From contig OY762428.1 in NCBI GenBank assembly GCA_963665665.1, positions 4,864,001 to 4,928,000 on the forward strand: DNA of 64,000 nucleotides. The letters run 5' to 3'. The notes beneath the pieces were generated by a model. It made no database searches, was not told the DNA's origin, and worked only from the letters and a program-made list of their open reading frames with translations. Positions 41,530 to 52,371 of the stretch are shown here, in pieces; position 1 is the first letter of the stretch; each line of letters opens with the position of its first letter. This DNA comes from Candidatus Kapaibacterium sp. (GTDB lineage: Bacteria; Bacteroidota; Ignavibacteria; Kapaibacteriales; UBA2268). A program made the position numbers and the translations under genes.

Positions 41530-42867
41530 ATGAACCGTATAATAGCATCTTTTGTTTTGTTTATTGTTTTGTCCTTTGCATCTTATGCCCAGCAGGGCAT
41601 GACTTTCGGAGAATTTGCACAGAAAATTGATCCTTATTTTGACAAAGACCTTATTCTTGACATAAAAAAAGAACTTCCCCAGGGAAGCGACTATTCAATT
41701 TGGGGCTGGGATGTGGGAGATTTCTCCGGTGACGGCTACAATGATGTTGCTTTTGCTCTTAAGCTAAGTTCAGACAAAAGAAGGCTTATGCATGTATATA
41801 TGTTTGCCGATATCGAAGGTTATCTGACAAAGGTGGGGCAGTTTGCCTATGAGTATGTTCAGCTTCCTATTGAAATCGGGTGTGTAATCAGGCATAATGG
41901 CTGCTTTGTTACAAAGAAGAATAAACAATACGACTGGCTAATTATAGGTTATACTTTTGATAACGGGGCGTTGATTAAACTTGATGAGTACCGGACAAGC
42001 AGAATAGGCAGGCTAACCCATGAAAGCTACCGTAATTTCCTGACGCTTCAGGGAACTGAGAAATATCTTGTTACCAGGAACGGGGATGAGGAATTCTTCA
42101 CTAACTTCCTTTCAATTCCAACTTATTACAGGGGAAGGAAAGTTTTTAAAGGCTATTCATACGAACCTTATGCTTATAATATAGATTACGTTCATAAGGG
42201 AGCATATTACTGGGACGGAGAACAGGATGCTTCATTTTCAGTTCAAACGGCTTATAACGATCAGTATTTGTATGTATCCGTGGATGTGAAGGATGATAAA
42301 TTAGTATCGCCACGGTGTGATTCCTGCCCCGGCGATAACATTCAGATATGGATAGATGCTTTATCACCATTTATTGTGGCTGGCGACAGGTTTGTATTCA
42401 ATAACAAGAATAAGTTACGTTTCAGGACAAATTCCGAGTTTGGTATATTCAACATAAATTTCTATCCCGGAAATTTCTATGAAAAGAAACCGTATTTTGC
42501 AATAAGTACAACAGATGAACTGGAATCATATCAAAAAGTTGCAGTAAGTGATATCAAAGTAGCATCTAATTTGAAAGATGACGGTTTCAAGATAAAATTC
42601 AGAATACCATTTAAATTACTCGGTTTTGAAGGCAGCCCACTGGAATCTGATGAGATAACAGAAATCGGCTGCACAATGATTTTCGCAGATATTGATAATC
42701 AGTTCCGTGAGGAAGAAGAAACACAGATAGCCACATCGGCATTTTCTTCGCTGAATCCTTCTTCCTACGGCAGTTTACTAATAATTCCCTCTAATAAATG
42801 GTATGGGGAATCCTATAACATTTATAAGGAAGAGCTCCTGAAAGCATTGCTTGAGAACGGATTTTGA
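41530..42867 (+). CDS. Exported hypothetical protein with a CBM9/DOMON-like C-terminal region
   Basis: Signal peptide; YLYVSVDVKDD, GDNIQIWID, FRIPFKLL, FADID. Confidence 0.65.
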   Translation: MNRIIASFVLFIVLSFASYAQQGMTFGEFAQKIDPYFDKDLILDIKKELPQGSDYSIWGWDVGDFSGDGYNDVAFALKLSSDKRRLMHVYMFADIEGYLTKVGQFAYEYVQLPIEIGCVIRHNGCFVTKKNKQYDWLIIGYTFDNGALIKLDEYRTSRIGRLTHESYRNFLTLQGTEKYLVTRNGDEEFFTNFLSIPTYYRGRKVFKGYSYEPYAYNIDYVHKGAYYWDGEQDASFSVQTAYNDQYLYVSVDVKDDKLVSPRCDSCPGDNIQIWIDALSPFIVAGDRFVFNNKNKLRFRTNSEFGIFNINFYPGNFYEKKPYFAISTTDELESYQKVAVSDIKVASNLKDDGFKIKFRIPFKLLGFEGSPLESDEITEIGCTMIFADIDNQFREEEETQIATSAFSSLNPSSYGSLLIIPSNKWYGESYNIYKEELLKALLENGF

Positions 42868-43091
42868 GATTATGTTGTGAAAAATAGTTTTCCACATAAT
42901 AAAATTTAATGATTCATGGCAATTTTAAATTATTTATTGAAAATTAATCAATTAAGAAAATATGATATGAATAAGAAACAACAATGTGATTATAAAACAT
43001 TTGTTTTGTTGAAATTAAATTTTCAAAAAAGTTGTTTCAATATTATAAAAAAATTATCTTTGCACACGAATATTGATTATACGCATTATTC

Positions 43092-43358
43092 ATGATTGAT
43101 AAACGAAGGAATAAAGGTGCCGGCAGCAAGGCAATGAGGGAGTTAGCCCCCTATATGAACCTGGGGATTAACCTGGCAGTTACCATAGGGCTGTTTTGCC
43201 TTTTGGGCTGGTGGCTTGACGGAAAGTTTGGAACAAAACCGTTGTTGATAATAATATGTGCTTTTGCGGGGATTGCCTTTGGAATGTATAATTTCTTCAG
43301 GACAATATCCGACCTTGACAAAAAGAAAAAAAGGGGGGCAGGCAATAAGCCGAAATGA
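43092..43358 (+). CDS. AtpZ/AtpI family protein
   Basis: LGINLAVTI..GWWLDGKFGTKP; first gene of the atp cluster. Confidence 0.8.
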   Translation: MIDKRRNKGAGSKAMRELAPYMNLGINLAVTIGLFCLLGWWLDGKFGTKPLLIIICAFAGIAFGMYNFFRTISDLDKKKKRGAGNKPK

Positions 43359-43384
43359 TTCGGCAAAAGGCCCGCCATTTTGCG

Positions 43385-43681
43385 ATGACCGAAGCATTGA
43401 TACTTTCTGCAGTTATTAGTTTTGCCAATTTGGCAGTTGCAGTGGCTGTTTTTAAGAAAGCATTCCAAAAAAAAGAGTTCGGTGAATTCAGCAAAATGGT
43501 TTTTACCTCCATGACCATTCGCTTAGTAATTATGACCTTATTTGCTTGGACTTTTATATTTTTTCTTGAAATTGACAAATTTTACTTTGCGATCGGGTTG
43601 ATAACAATGGTTTTCATCTCGATTATGATTGAAATATTGATTTTTCATTCTTATACGAAAAAGAAAAAAGAAACTAAATAG
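43385..43681 (+). CDS. ATP synthase I-like membrane protein
   Basis: Hydrophobic, 3-4 TM, located before atpB. Confidence 0.65.
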   Translation: MTEALILSAVISFANLAVAVAVFKKAFQKKEFGEFSKMVFTSMTIRLVIMTLFAWTFIFFLEIDKFYFAIGLITMVFISIMIEILIFHSYTKKKKETK

Positions 43682-43705
43682 CATAAATACTTCTAAGGTT
43701 ATTTT

Positions 43706-44776
43706 ATGGCCGAAAATTCAAACGAAATTCTATTAGCAGAAAACCACGAGGCAGAACATGCTGAAACACACGAAAGCGTAGATGCGCACGAAGCTGTGGA
43801 TTCGCATACCGAAACTGCTCACGATGCCGAACATGAGGCTGGTTCCGAAAATGTATTTCAGGAGCTTTACAAGCAAATGGGTGATCACCATGGTTTTTAC
43901 TGGGGTACTTACCATATAGCCGATCTGCCTATGATAATTTATGACGACGGTTTCCATTTCTATTCTTCGCCTGCTGCCATGGAAGCGGAAGGAAAGTTTG
44001 TAATGGATCATCATACTCATAAACCTGTAAAGGCTTCAACACTTCATTCGGAGCATCCTGAACCACCGGCTTTGGATCTGTCCATAACAAACCTGATAGT
44101 GTTTGAATGGATAGCTTTGTTTATTCTTGGGATTCTCTTTATCAAAGCTGGCAGCAGCGTTAAGAAAAATGCAGGAAGGGCTCCGAAGGGCATTGCAAAT
44201 GTTCTCGAGGTGATGTTCATTTACGTTCGCGACGAAATGATAAGGCCTAATATGCCTCTTCATGTTGCCGACAGGCTTCTTCCTTATTTTATCAGCCTGT
44301 TTTTCTTCATTCTTGTAATGAATCTTACCGGGCTTATACCAGGCGGGCATACCGCAACGGGTACGATAGGCGTAACATGCGGGCTGGCTATAACGGCGTT
44401 CATTGTGATTAACTGGACAGCTATCCGCGAGAGCGGCATAGGTGCATGGTTCAAACACTTACTTGGCGGAGCGCCAATAGGGCTTGCTCCGATTATGATC
44501 CCGATCGAGATACTTTCTTTATTTATCAAACCTTTCGCACTCACCATTCGTTTGTTTGCGAATATGTCGGCAGGGCACATTGTGCTCTTCTCGCTGCTTG
44601 GTTTGCTATTTTACTTCGGATCCTATATTGTGGCAGTACCACTTGTTGGTTTCTCGGTGTTTATTTACCTGCTGGAATTGCTTGTAGCATTTATCCAGGC
44701 TTATGTGTTTACAATGCTAACCGCAATTTTTGTTGGTTTGGCAATTGGCGACCACGCACACGAGGAACACGCATAA
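43706..44776 (+). CDS. atpB: F0F1 ATP synthase subunit a
   Basis: IKPFALTIRLFANMSAGH, IQAYVFTML; His/Glu-rich N-terminus. Confidence 0.96.
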   Translation: MAENSNEILLAENHEAEHAETHESVDAHEAVDSHTETAHDAEHEAGSENVFQELYKQMGDHHGFYWGTYHIADLPMIIYDDGFHFYSSPAAMEAEGKFVMDHHTHKPVKASTLHSEHPEPPALDLSITNLIVFEWIALFILGILFIKAGSSVKKNAGRAPKGIANVLEVMFIYVRDEMIRPNMPLHVADRLLPYFISLFFFILVMNLTGLIPGGHTATGTIGVTCGLAITAFIVINWTAIRESGIGAWFKHLLGGAPIGLAPIMIPIEILSLFIKPFALTIRLFANMSAGHIVLFSLLGLLFYFGSYIVAVPLVGFSVFIYLLELLVAFIQAYVFTMLTAIFVGLAIGDHAHEEHA

Positions 44777-44855
44777 AATGGATATCAGGTTGAAAAATAA
44801 AATTTTAAATATAATTGTTTTGTCGAATTTTTTCTATTTCATTGGAGGTTTTTAA

Positions 44856-45083
44856 ATGGATGCTTCTTCATTAGCATATTTGGCAGCAGGCCTTGGCGCC
44901 GGTATTACTGTTGTTGGCGCTGGTCTGGGTATCGGTAAATTAGCTTCTTCAGCTCTCGAGGCCACTGGCCGTCAGCCTGAAGCAGGCGGTGATATCAGGA
45001 CAACAATGATCATCGCGGCAGCCCTTATTGAGGGTGTTGCTTTCTTCGCAGCGGTTATTTGCCTGTTGCTCACATTCGTATAA
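44856..45083 (+). CDS. atpE: F0F1 ATP synthase subunit c (H+-type signature)
   Basis: GAGLGIG, RQPEA, AALIEG. Confidence 0.96.
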   Translation: MDASSLAYLAAGLGAGITVVGAGLGIGKLASSALEATGRQPEAGGDIRTTMIIAAALIEGVAFFAAVICLLLTFV

Positions 45084-45091
45084 TATTTTGC

Positions 45092-45119
45092 GCCGGCATC
45101 CCCGAAAAAGGATGCCGGC
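45092..45119 (+). promoter_or_regulatory. Hairpin after atpE (mRNA stability/stoichiometry)
   Basis: gccggcatcc...ggatgccggc without a U-tail. Confidence 0.55.
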
Positions 45120-45174
45120 AGCATTTGGTAAATTAATGCAATTTTGCTGAATTCACATTTTTGAGGAATAGATT

Positions 45175-45669
45175 ATGGATAGTCTGCTTGATGTTAATCC
45201 CGGTGCGATTATTTGGACGATTATCAATTTTCTCGTCTTCTTTTTCATAATCTTTAAAATGGGTGGTAAAGCCATCGTAAAAGGTCTGAAAGAAAGAGAA
45301 GATAATATAAACAAAGAGATCAATGACGCTGAGGCAGCAAATAAAAAAGCTCAGGAAATTCTGGTTCAGGCCCAGGAAAAAATTGACAATGCACAGAAGG
45401 AAATGGCAGAGATAGTGGCTAAAGGCCGCAAGCAGGCCGAAGATATCGTGCATAAAGCTGCAGAAGACGCGGATAAAGTCAAACAGGCCAAGATCGAGGA
45501 ATCCCTCAGGGAAATTGACAGACAGAAAGATGCCGCTATCAGCGAATTACGTACTGAAGTTGCCGGCCTCGTGATTGAAGCCACAGAAAAAATTCTTGAC
45601 GAAAAGCTTGACAAAGATAAACACATAAAGCTCGTTGAGTCATATATTGACAAACTTCCAAAGAACTAA
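45175..45669 (+). CDS. atpF: F0F1 ATP synthase subunit b
   Basis: N-terminal TM (PGAIIWTIINF), coiled coil, operon position. Confidence 0.93.
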   Translation: MDSLLDVNPGAIIWTIINFLVFFFIIFKMGGKAIVKGLKEREDNINKEINDAEAANKKAQEILVQAQEKIDNAQKEMAEIVAKGRKQAEDIVHKAAEDADKVKQAKIEESLREIDRQKDAAISELRTEVAGLVIEATEKILDEKLDKDKHIKLVESYIDKLPKN

Positions 45670-45682
45670 TTAAAGAATTGTT

Positions 45683-46231
45683 ATGACTGAACAAAGAGTT
45701 TCAAAAAGATATGCCAGGGCGGTTTTTCAGACAGCAAAGGAAATCAATTTGCTTGATGAAATTCGCAAAGACCTTGTTTTTGTAAAAAACACAATCGAGG
45801 ATTCACGCGAGCTGGAAAACCTGTTGAAAAGTCCTGTAGTTCATGTTTTTAAGAAAAAATCAATTCTGGAAGAGGTTTTTAAATCCCATGTCTCCGATCT
45901 GACCATGAATTTTATTTCATTGCTCAGTGAGAAACAAAGGGAGTCGCTGACTATTTCAATTATTGCACAGTTCATGATTCTGTATAACAAAGAAATGAAT
46001 ATCATGCCGATTACTGTTAGTTCGGCAGTTGAACTCAATGATGAAATCAGGGCTAAGATAATAACCAAACTGGAAGAAATTACAAATCAAACAGTGCTAT
46101 CAACTTTCCTGACAGACCCCGATATGAAAGGCGGTATAAAAGTAAGGATTCAGGACTGGGTATACGACGCTTCGATCAGAACCAGGCTGAATACTCTTTA
46201 TCACAGGCTTGCTGAAGGCATTGTTAATTGA
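45683..46231 (+). CDS. atpH: F1 delta subunit
   Basis: KRYARAVF, LKSP, SAVEL, GGIKV..YDAS. Confidence 0.93.
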   Translation: MTEQRVSKRYARAVFQTAKEINLLDEIRKDLVFVKNTIEDSRELENLLKSPVVHVFKKKSILEEVFKSHVSDLTMNFISLLSEKQRESLTISIIAQFMILYNKEMNIMPITVSSAVELNDEIRAKIITKLEEITNQTVLSTFLTDPDMKGGIKVRIQDWVYDASIRTRLNTLYHRLAEGIVN

Positions 46232-46268
46232 GAGACTAAATAATATAGTTTAATAAAGGTATTTTATT

Positions 46269-47819
46269 ATGGCAGAAGTTCGTCCAGAAGAAATTTCGGC
46301 GATATTGCGCCGCCAATTATCCGGCTTCGATAATGAAGCCGCGACCTACGAAGTAGGTACCGTTCTTCAGGTGGGTGACGGTGTGGCAAGGGTCTATGGC
46401 CTCGAGAAGGTTATGGCATCCGAGCTCGTTGAATTCCCTAATGATGTTATCGGTATGGTTTTGAACCTTGAAGAGGATAACGTTGGTGTTATGCTTTTCG
46501 GGGATGACAGCCTTGTTAAAGAAGGTGATATTGTAAAAAGAACAAAGAAAATTGCTTCCGTGCCCGTTGGCAGGGAACTGCTCGGCAGGGTTGTAAATCC
46601 TCTTGGCCTTCCTATTGACGGAAAAGGGCCGATTGACACGAAAGACATTTTCCCGATTGAAAGAAAAGCTCCCGGCGTTATGCTTCGTCAGCCGGTGAAA
46701 GAACCGCTTCAGACAGGTATCAAAGCAATTGATGCCCTGATCCCGATCGGACGCGGACAGCGCGAGCTTATAATCGGTGACCGCCAGACAGGTAAAACTG
46801 CCGTGGCCCTTGACACAATTATCAATCAGAAATTTACTCATTCCGAAGAAGCTAAAGCCCTTGGTATAGAACCTGTTTACTGTATTTATGTAGCTGTAGG
46901 CCAGAAGGGTTCAACTGTTGCTAACGTTGTGGCATCACTCGAAGAAAACGGTGCGATGGATTACACGATAGTTGTGGTTGCCAATGCATCAGATCCTGCT
47001 CCTTTGCAGTTTATTGCGCCTTACTGCGGCGCTTCAATGGGTGAGTTTTTCCGTGACAACGGTATGCATGCCCTGACGATCTATGATGATCTTTCTAAAC
47101 AGGCCGCCGCTTACAGGCAGGTGTCACTGCTTCTTCGTCGTCCTCCCGGACGTGAAGCATATCCCGGCGACGTGTTCTATCTTCACTCAAGGCTTCTTGA
47201 AAGGGCTGCTAAATTTTCTGATGAAAAAGGCGGCGGTTCAATGACATCCCTTCCAGTTATCGAAACACAGGCCGGTGACGTTTCGGCTTATATCCCGACA
47301 AACGTGATCTCGATTACAGACGGCCAGATTTATCTGGAACCCAACCTGTTCAATGCAGGTGTAAGGCCGGCTTTGAATGTGGGTATCTCCGTTTCCCGTG
47401 TGGGTGGTAATGCACAGATCAAGGCTATGAAAAAAGTAGCAGGGCCTCTGAAACTTGCTCTCGCTCTCTTCCGTGAGTTGGAAGCTTTTGCAAAATTTGG
47501 ATCAGATCTTGACGAATCTACACAGAAACAGCTTACAAGGGGGCGCGTACTTACCGAGATCCTGAAACAGGGGCAGTTCGTTCCGATAGCTGTTGATAAA
47601 CAGATTGCTTTGATTGTTTGTGCAACAGAAGGTTATCTTGATAATCTTCCCGCTGATTCTCTGACCAGATTTGAGAAAGAATTTTACGAACACCTTGATA
47701 ACGTTCATTCTGAATTACTTCTTGATATTATGAAAGTCAAGGAACTAAATGATGATATTAAATCAAGGTTGATCGCAGTCATTGAAGGTTTTGTTGAGAA
47801 TTTCAAGAAGACTATATAG
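46269..47819 (+). CDS. atpA: F1 alpha subunit
   Basis: [32 protein letters not shown]. Confidence 0.98.
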   Translation: MAEVRPEEISAILRRQLSGFDNEAATYEVGTVLQVGDGVARVYGLEKVMASELVEFPNDVIGMVLNLEEDNVGVMLFGDDSLVKEGDIVKRTKKIASVPVGRELLGRVVNPLGLPIDGKGPIDTKDIFPIERKAPGVMLRQPVKEPLQTGIKAIDALIPIGRGQRELIIGDRQTGKTAVALDTIINQKFTHSEEAKALGIEPVYCIYVAVGQKGSTVANVVASLEENGAMDYTIVVVANASDPAPLQFIAPYCGASMGEFFRDNGMHALTIYDDLSKQAAAYRQVSLLLRRPPGREAYPGDVFYLHSRLLERAAKFSDEKGGGSMTSLPVIETQAGDVSAYIPTNVISITDGQIYLEPNLFNAGVRPALNVGISVSRVGGNAQIKAMKKVAGPLKLALALFRELEAFAKFGSDLDESTQKQLTRGRVLTEILKQGQFVPIAVDKQIALIVCATEGYLDNLPADSLTRFEKEFYEHLDNVHSELLLDIMKVKELNDDIKSRLIAVIEGFVENFKKTI

Positions 47820-47966
47820 TTCTTTAATAATTTGAATGGTAGCGGGCGTATACCTTTACGCCCCGTTACTGCAATATTTATACCTGAAGCCAAAACCTGA
47901 TTGCCGTGAAAGGGATTTTTCTTATATTGAAGTCCGGAAATATGAAAATTAAGTATAGGATATAAT

Positions 47967-48932
47967 ATGATTTTAGTTACAGGTGGTGCCGGATTCATTG
48001 GTTCCTGCTTTGTAAAAAAGCTTAATGATAATGGAATAAAGGATATTTTCGTTGTCGATCATCTTGGGAACGGACAAAAATGGAAAAATCTTGTTGGGAA
48101 GCAGTATCAGGCCTATGAGCATAAAGCTGATTTCAGGAAACTGTTGAATAGCGGTGAGTTTAAAGGCCGGTTTGAAGCAATCTTTCATTTTGGTGCCTGC
48201 TCGGTAACAACCGAGAAAGACGCCGATTACATGATGGATAATAACTTCAATTACAGCCGTGAACTTGCTGAATTTGCCATTGACGAAGATATCAGGTTTA
48301 TTTATGCCAGTTCAGCTGCAACTTATGGGGCGGGTGAAAATGGCTATTCGGACAGATTATTCGATGAGCTTAAACCACTGAACGTTTATGGTTACTCAAA
48401 GCAGCTTTTCGACTTATGGGCAATTGAAAAAGGTTATGACAAAATATTCACGGGACTGAAATTCTTCAATGTTTTCGGGCCTAATGAATACCACAAGGGT
48501 GATATGGCCAGCATGGTTTACAAATCCTATTTCCAGATAAAGGAAACAGGCAGAGTCAACCTGTTCAGGTCTTATTTGCCGGAATATACTGACGGCGGCC
48601 AGAAAAGAGACTTCGTTTACGTGAAAGACGTTTGCGATATTATGTGGCTAATGTATCAGGATAAATCCATAAGCGGGATTTATAATCTCGGGGCCGGTAA
48701 GGCCCAAACATGGAATGAACTGATTAGCGCTGTTTTCAAGGCTTTGGGTAAAGAAACAAATATTGAATATATTGATATGCCGGAATCCCTGAAAGGCCAA
48801 TACCAGTATTATACAAAAGCTGATATGGGCAAAATGCAGGAAATTATTCCGGGGTTAAGTTTTAAAACCCTTGAAGAGAATGTTGCCGACTACGTTTGCA
48901 ATCATCTTGAAAAGGAATGGAAAAACTATTAA
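47967..48932 (+). CDS. rfaD: ADP-L-glycero-D-manno-heptose 6-epimerase
   Basis: TGGAGFIGS, YASSAATYG, PLNVYGYSK, FNVFGPNEYHKGDMAS, YQYYTKAD. Confidence 0.93.
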   Translation: MILVTGGAGFIGSCFVKKLNDNGIKDIFVVDHLGNGQKWKNLVGKQYQAYEHKADFRKLLNSGEFKGRFEAIFHFGACSVTTEKDADYMMDNNFNYSRELAEFAIDEDIRFIYASSAATYGAGENGYSDRLFDELKPLNVYGYSKQLFDLWAIEKGYDKIFTGLKFFNVFGPNEYHKGDMASMVYKSYFQIKETGRVNLFRSYLPEYTDGGQKRDFVYVKDVCDIMWLMYQDKSISGIYNLGAGKAQTWNELISAVFKALGKETNIEYIDMPESLKGQYQYYTKADMGKMQEIIPGLSFKTLEENVADYVCNHLEKEWKNY

Positions 48933-48970
48933 GCCAAAGGAAAATATTTCTAACTAAATAATAGAATACT

Positions 48971-49867
48971 ATGGCTACTTTAAAAGATATTTCCCGCAGG
49001 ATCGGGGCCGTGAAAAGCACGGCAAAAATTACATCTGCCATGAAAATGGTTGCTGCTGCCAAATTGAAAAAGGCTCAGAAATCAATTGAATCGGCAAGGC
49101 CTTACGTTCTGAAACTCGGCGATATGATGTCCGAATTGGTTTCCGCCCTCGGTGGTGAATACTCTCATCCTCTTATTGAGCAGAGAGAAGAAATTAAATC
49201 AATTGCCATTATTGTTATTGCTTCCGACCGTGGCCTTTGCGGAAGTTTCAATAACAGCCTGTTCAGGCAGGTTAAATATCATATTGAAAAAGAATTGAAA
49301 GCTGAAAATCCCGAACTTAAAGTAACGATAATTCCGGTAGGGCAGAGGACATGCGGTTTCTTCAAAAAGGAAACTTATCCTGTTGCCAAAATGTTTCCCG
49401 GAGTATTTAACGACCTTAAGTTTGAAGTTGCTCAGGAAATAGTAGATACTGTGCAGCACGGGTTTATCGGCGGTGAATTTGATAAAGTACTCCTTTATTA
49501 TAACGAGTTCGTTAATGTGATCAAGCAAACTCCTAAGCTGGATACTCTTCTCCCTATCAGCCCGAAAGCCGAGGAAGAAAATGAAGGCGAAAAGAAATTT
49601 AATGTTGATTACATTTTTGAACCCGGACAGGAGGAAATCCTTGAAGTATTACTCCCGAAAATGGTGAATATCAGCGTTTGGAGGGCTTTGCTGGAATCTA
49701 ATGCTGCTGAAAATGCAGCAAGGATGATGGCTATGGATAATGCCACAACAAATGCTAACGATCTTATGAAATACCTTGAGATGGTATTCAACAAAGCACG
49801 CCAGGCTGCGATTACAACTGAAATGCTTGAAATTGTTAGCGGCGCGGAAGCGCTTCGCGGACAGTAA
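48971..49867 (+). CDS. atpG: F1 gamma subunit
   Basis: KITSAMKMVAAAK, DRGLCG, ARMMAMDNAT, RQAAITTEMLEI. Confidence 0.97.
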   Translation: MATLKDISRRIGAVKSTAKITSAMKMVAAAKLKKAQKSIESARPYVLKLGDMMSELVSALGGEYSHPLIEQREEIKSIAIIVIASDRGLCGSFNNSLFRQVKYHIEKELKAENPELKVTIIPVGQRTCGFFKKETYPVAKMFPGVFNDLKFEVAQEIVDTVQHGFIGGEFDKVLLYYNEFVNVIKQTPKLDTLLPISPKAEEENEGEKKFNVDYIFEPGQEEILEVLLPKMVNISVWRALLESNAAENAARMMAMDNATTNANDLMKYLEMVFNKARQAAITTEMLEIVSGAEALRGQ

Positions 49868-49889
49868 TTATTTCATTTATTTTTTTATT

Positions 49890-49922
49890 ATAATCCCCTG
49901 GTATCAACTATCAGGGGATTTT
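49890..49922 (+). terminator. Terminator of the atp operon
   Basis: aatcccctgg...tcaggggatttt. Confidence 0.7.
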
Positions 49923-49964
49923 ATGTTTGTACGGATAATTGAATAGATTATCAGGAAGGCAATA

Positions 49965-51236
49965 ATGGACAAATCATACAGTCTTAAAGGGATTTTGAAA
50001 ACTATTGGCCCCGGTATTATATACGCTGGTGCTGCTATAGGTGTTTCGCATCTGGTACAATCCACAAGAGCCGGAGCTTTATATGGTTTTGAAATTATCT
50101 GGGCAATAATACTAATAAATATTTTTAAATACCCGTTTTTTGAGTATGCATATCGCTACACTGCCGCAACCGGGGAGAGCGTTCTGGATGGTTATCGTAA
50201 ACTCGGCAGTTGGGCAATATGGTCATTCTTCGGCTTATCAATTTTTACAGCGATATTCACCTATGCAGCAGTTGCTTTGGTAACATCCGGGCTGGCATCT
50301 TATCTTTTCAGTATAAACCTTACCCAGTTTGAAGTAAATTTTTTGCTTCTGGTAATTGTGTTTGTTATTCTTTTACTGGGAAGTTATTCCAAACTTGATA
50401 AACTGATGAAAATGATGGTTGTGCTGCTTAGCGTAGGGACGATATTCGCATTCTTTATGGCTATCGGAAAAAACCCCGACCCGGTGGATGGATTTACTCC
50501 AACGGAATTATGGAATACCGGCGGAATAATGTTTCTGATTGCCTTAATGGGATGGATGCCTACTCCTATAGAAGTATCAGTCTGGCCCTCGCTATGGTCT
50601 ATTGAACACCAGAAAAACAATAAATATAAACCAACGTTCAAGGAAATATTATTTGATTTCAATATTGGGTTTGTCGGATCAGGATTTCTGGCTGTATTTT
50701 TCCTGGGTCTTGGAGCCCTTGTTATGTACGGAACCGGAGAAGTTTTTTCGAATAGTAATATAAAGTTTTCTGAGCAGCTTGTTTCTCTTTATGCCAACAC
50801 TCTCGGGGAATGGAGCAGGCCAGTGATCTCAACTATTGCAATGCTGACCATGCTGACAACTACAATCACTGTTTTCGACGGCTATCCCAGAACATTGGAA
50901 GCGGCCATGAAGGAGATTTGGCCAAGGTTCAAAAAAGAACCCATGAACTGGGTATCGAAAAATTTATACTGGCTTTGGGCTATATTGCTGTCGATAACAA
51001 CCATGCTTATTGTCGGTTGGTTCACCGACAGCATGAAGCAGCTTGCACAGATGGCAATGATCATTTCATTCATTGCAGCACCGTTTTTCGCTGCAATTAA
51101 TTTCAAAATTGTGACATCGGACTTTATGCCGGAAGATTATAAGCCGGGTGTTAAAATGCGAATTTTAAGCTTTGCAGGCATAATATTTCTTTCAGTATTC
51201 TGCCTGATTTTTTTCTATTATTTCTTTATCGTTTGA
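49965..51236 (+). CDS. NRAMP-like divalent cation transporter
   Basis: GPGIIYAGAAIGVSHLVQSTRAGA, ALMGWMP, DGYPR. Confidence 0.85.
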   Translation: MDKSYSLKGILKTIGPGIIYAGAAIGVSHLVQSTRAGALYGFEIIWAIILINIFKYPFFEYAYRYTAATGESVLDGYRKLGSWAIWSFFGLSIFTAIFTYAAVALVTSGLASYLFSINLTQFEVNFLLLVIVFVILLLGSYSKLDKLMKMMVVLLSVGTIFAFFMAIGKNPDPVDGFTPTELWNTGGIMFLIALMGWMPTPIEVSVWPSLWSIEHQKNNKYKPTFKEILFDFNIGFVGSGFLAVFFLGLGALVMYGTGEVFSNSNIKFSEQLVSLYANTLGEWSRPVISTIAMLTMLTTTITVFDGYPRTLEAAMKEIWPRFKKEPMNWVSKNLYWLWAILLSITTMLIVGWFTDSMKQLAQMAMIISFIAAPFFAAINFKIVTSDFMPEDYKPGVKMRILSFAGIIFLSVFCLIFFYYFFIV

Positions 51237-51511
51237 TTAATTGTTTGTAATCAGCTAAGATGATATTATTCTGTTTTGAAAAGAAAAATTGCAAAATTGT
51301 CGTTCTGAATAAGCTTACGACTTAAAAATCCACTTTTTTTTAGCAAGAAAATATGAAGAAGAGACTCTCCACTTCATTCAGTCGGAGGATTTAATTCCCA
51401 ATTTCCTGCGAAAACAATTTCCAAAATTTAACTTTGGTGTTCAAAAAGGAGATTCAGATCAAATTATTTCTGATTAATCCTTAAATCAGGATGAATATTT
51501 TTGATGTATTT

Positions 51512-52204
51512 TTACTCCCTGGATAGGGCTGAGCCTCCTTTTATCAAAAGCCAGAATGTAAGGGATAATTCTCCGATAATGCCCGGAAGGATTACAATTG
51601 CTGAAAATATGTTCTTATATTCTGCATATTCCGGTAGAAGGAAGTTTGCAAAGCTGTCGGTAATATAGCCGGCAGAAGCTATCAATAGCAGCCACCCGAT
51701 AAAAGAGGGTATCTGTGTGGATTTAATTATCAGGTATCCGAGGAACGCAAGATGAATACCAAAGAATATCAGCCCGATAAGCCATGTATTATTAAAAGAT
51801 TGAATATCTGTCATTATAAAAATCTGAATAAGCCCGGCATCAGCTGATTCGATTGAATTCGAAACAAAACCGAGAATGTTTACCAGATTGAATAGCGCCG
51901 CTGCAAATATCACTCCGTTTACCAGCCGTAACCAGGCAGAAAGAAGAGATATGCTTTGATTAACTGGCTTAAGCAGAATGTATAGCGCCCAGGCAAGAAT
52001 GATATCGAAAACTACCATTAATATAAAGCCTACAATCCCAAGCCTGAAAAGAAACATATTCTCTGTCAGATTTTGAAAACTTAATGCCGGATTGTTGTAG
52101 TCGAATATCCCTTCCAATACGTAAAAATTCGAGAAGAATCCGGTTATGAAAATTACCAGGTATCCAATTCCTGCAATTTTTGCTACGTTATTGATATTGT
52201 TCAT
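51512..52204 (-). CDS. DUF4386 family membrane protein
   Basis: AKIAGIGYL, LLKPVN, IFFGIH, GEL..FWLLIKG. Confidence 0.8.
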   Translation of the reverse strand: MNNINNVAKIAGIGYLVIFITGFFSNFYVLEGIFDYNNPALSFQNLTENMFLFRLGIVGFILMVVFDIILAWALYILLKPVNQSISLLSAWLRLVNGVIFAAALFNLVNILGFVSNSIESADAGLIQIFIMTDIQSFNNTWLIGLIFFGIHLAFLGYLIIKSTQIPSFIGWLLLIASAGYITDSFANFLLPEYAEYKNIFSAIVILPGIIGELSLTFWLLIKGGSALSRE

Positions 52205-52371
52205 TTATTTTTTCCTTGGTTCCTAATAATATTAGTTGTGTTAAAATAAAAATTAGTTAAGACTAATATTTGCAAATTACGAAAGGAATTGAAAAAAGTT
52301 GTAACTATTTTTAAAATATTTGTTATTTTAGTTAACTAATATTTATTGTTTCAAAATCATTTTGTTCCCTG

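Noticed and set aside
44856-45083. Na+-translocating ATP synthase
   Set aside because: c-subunit has IEG rather than ES/T and lacks the Gln of the Na+ signature
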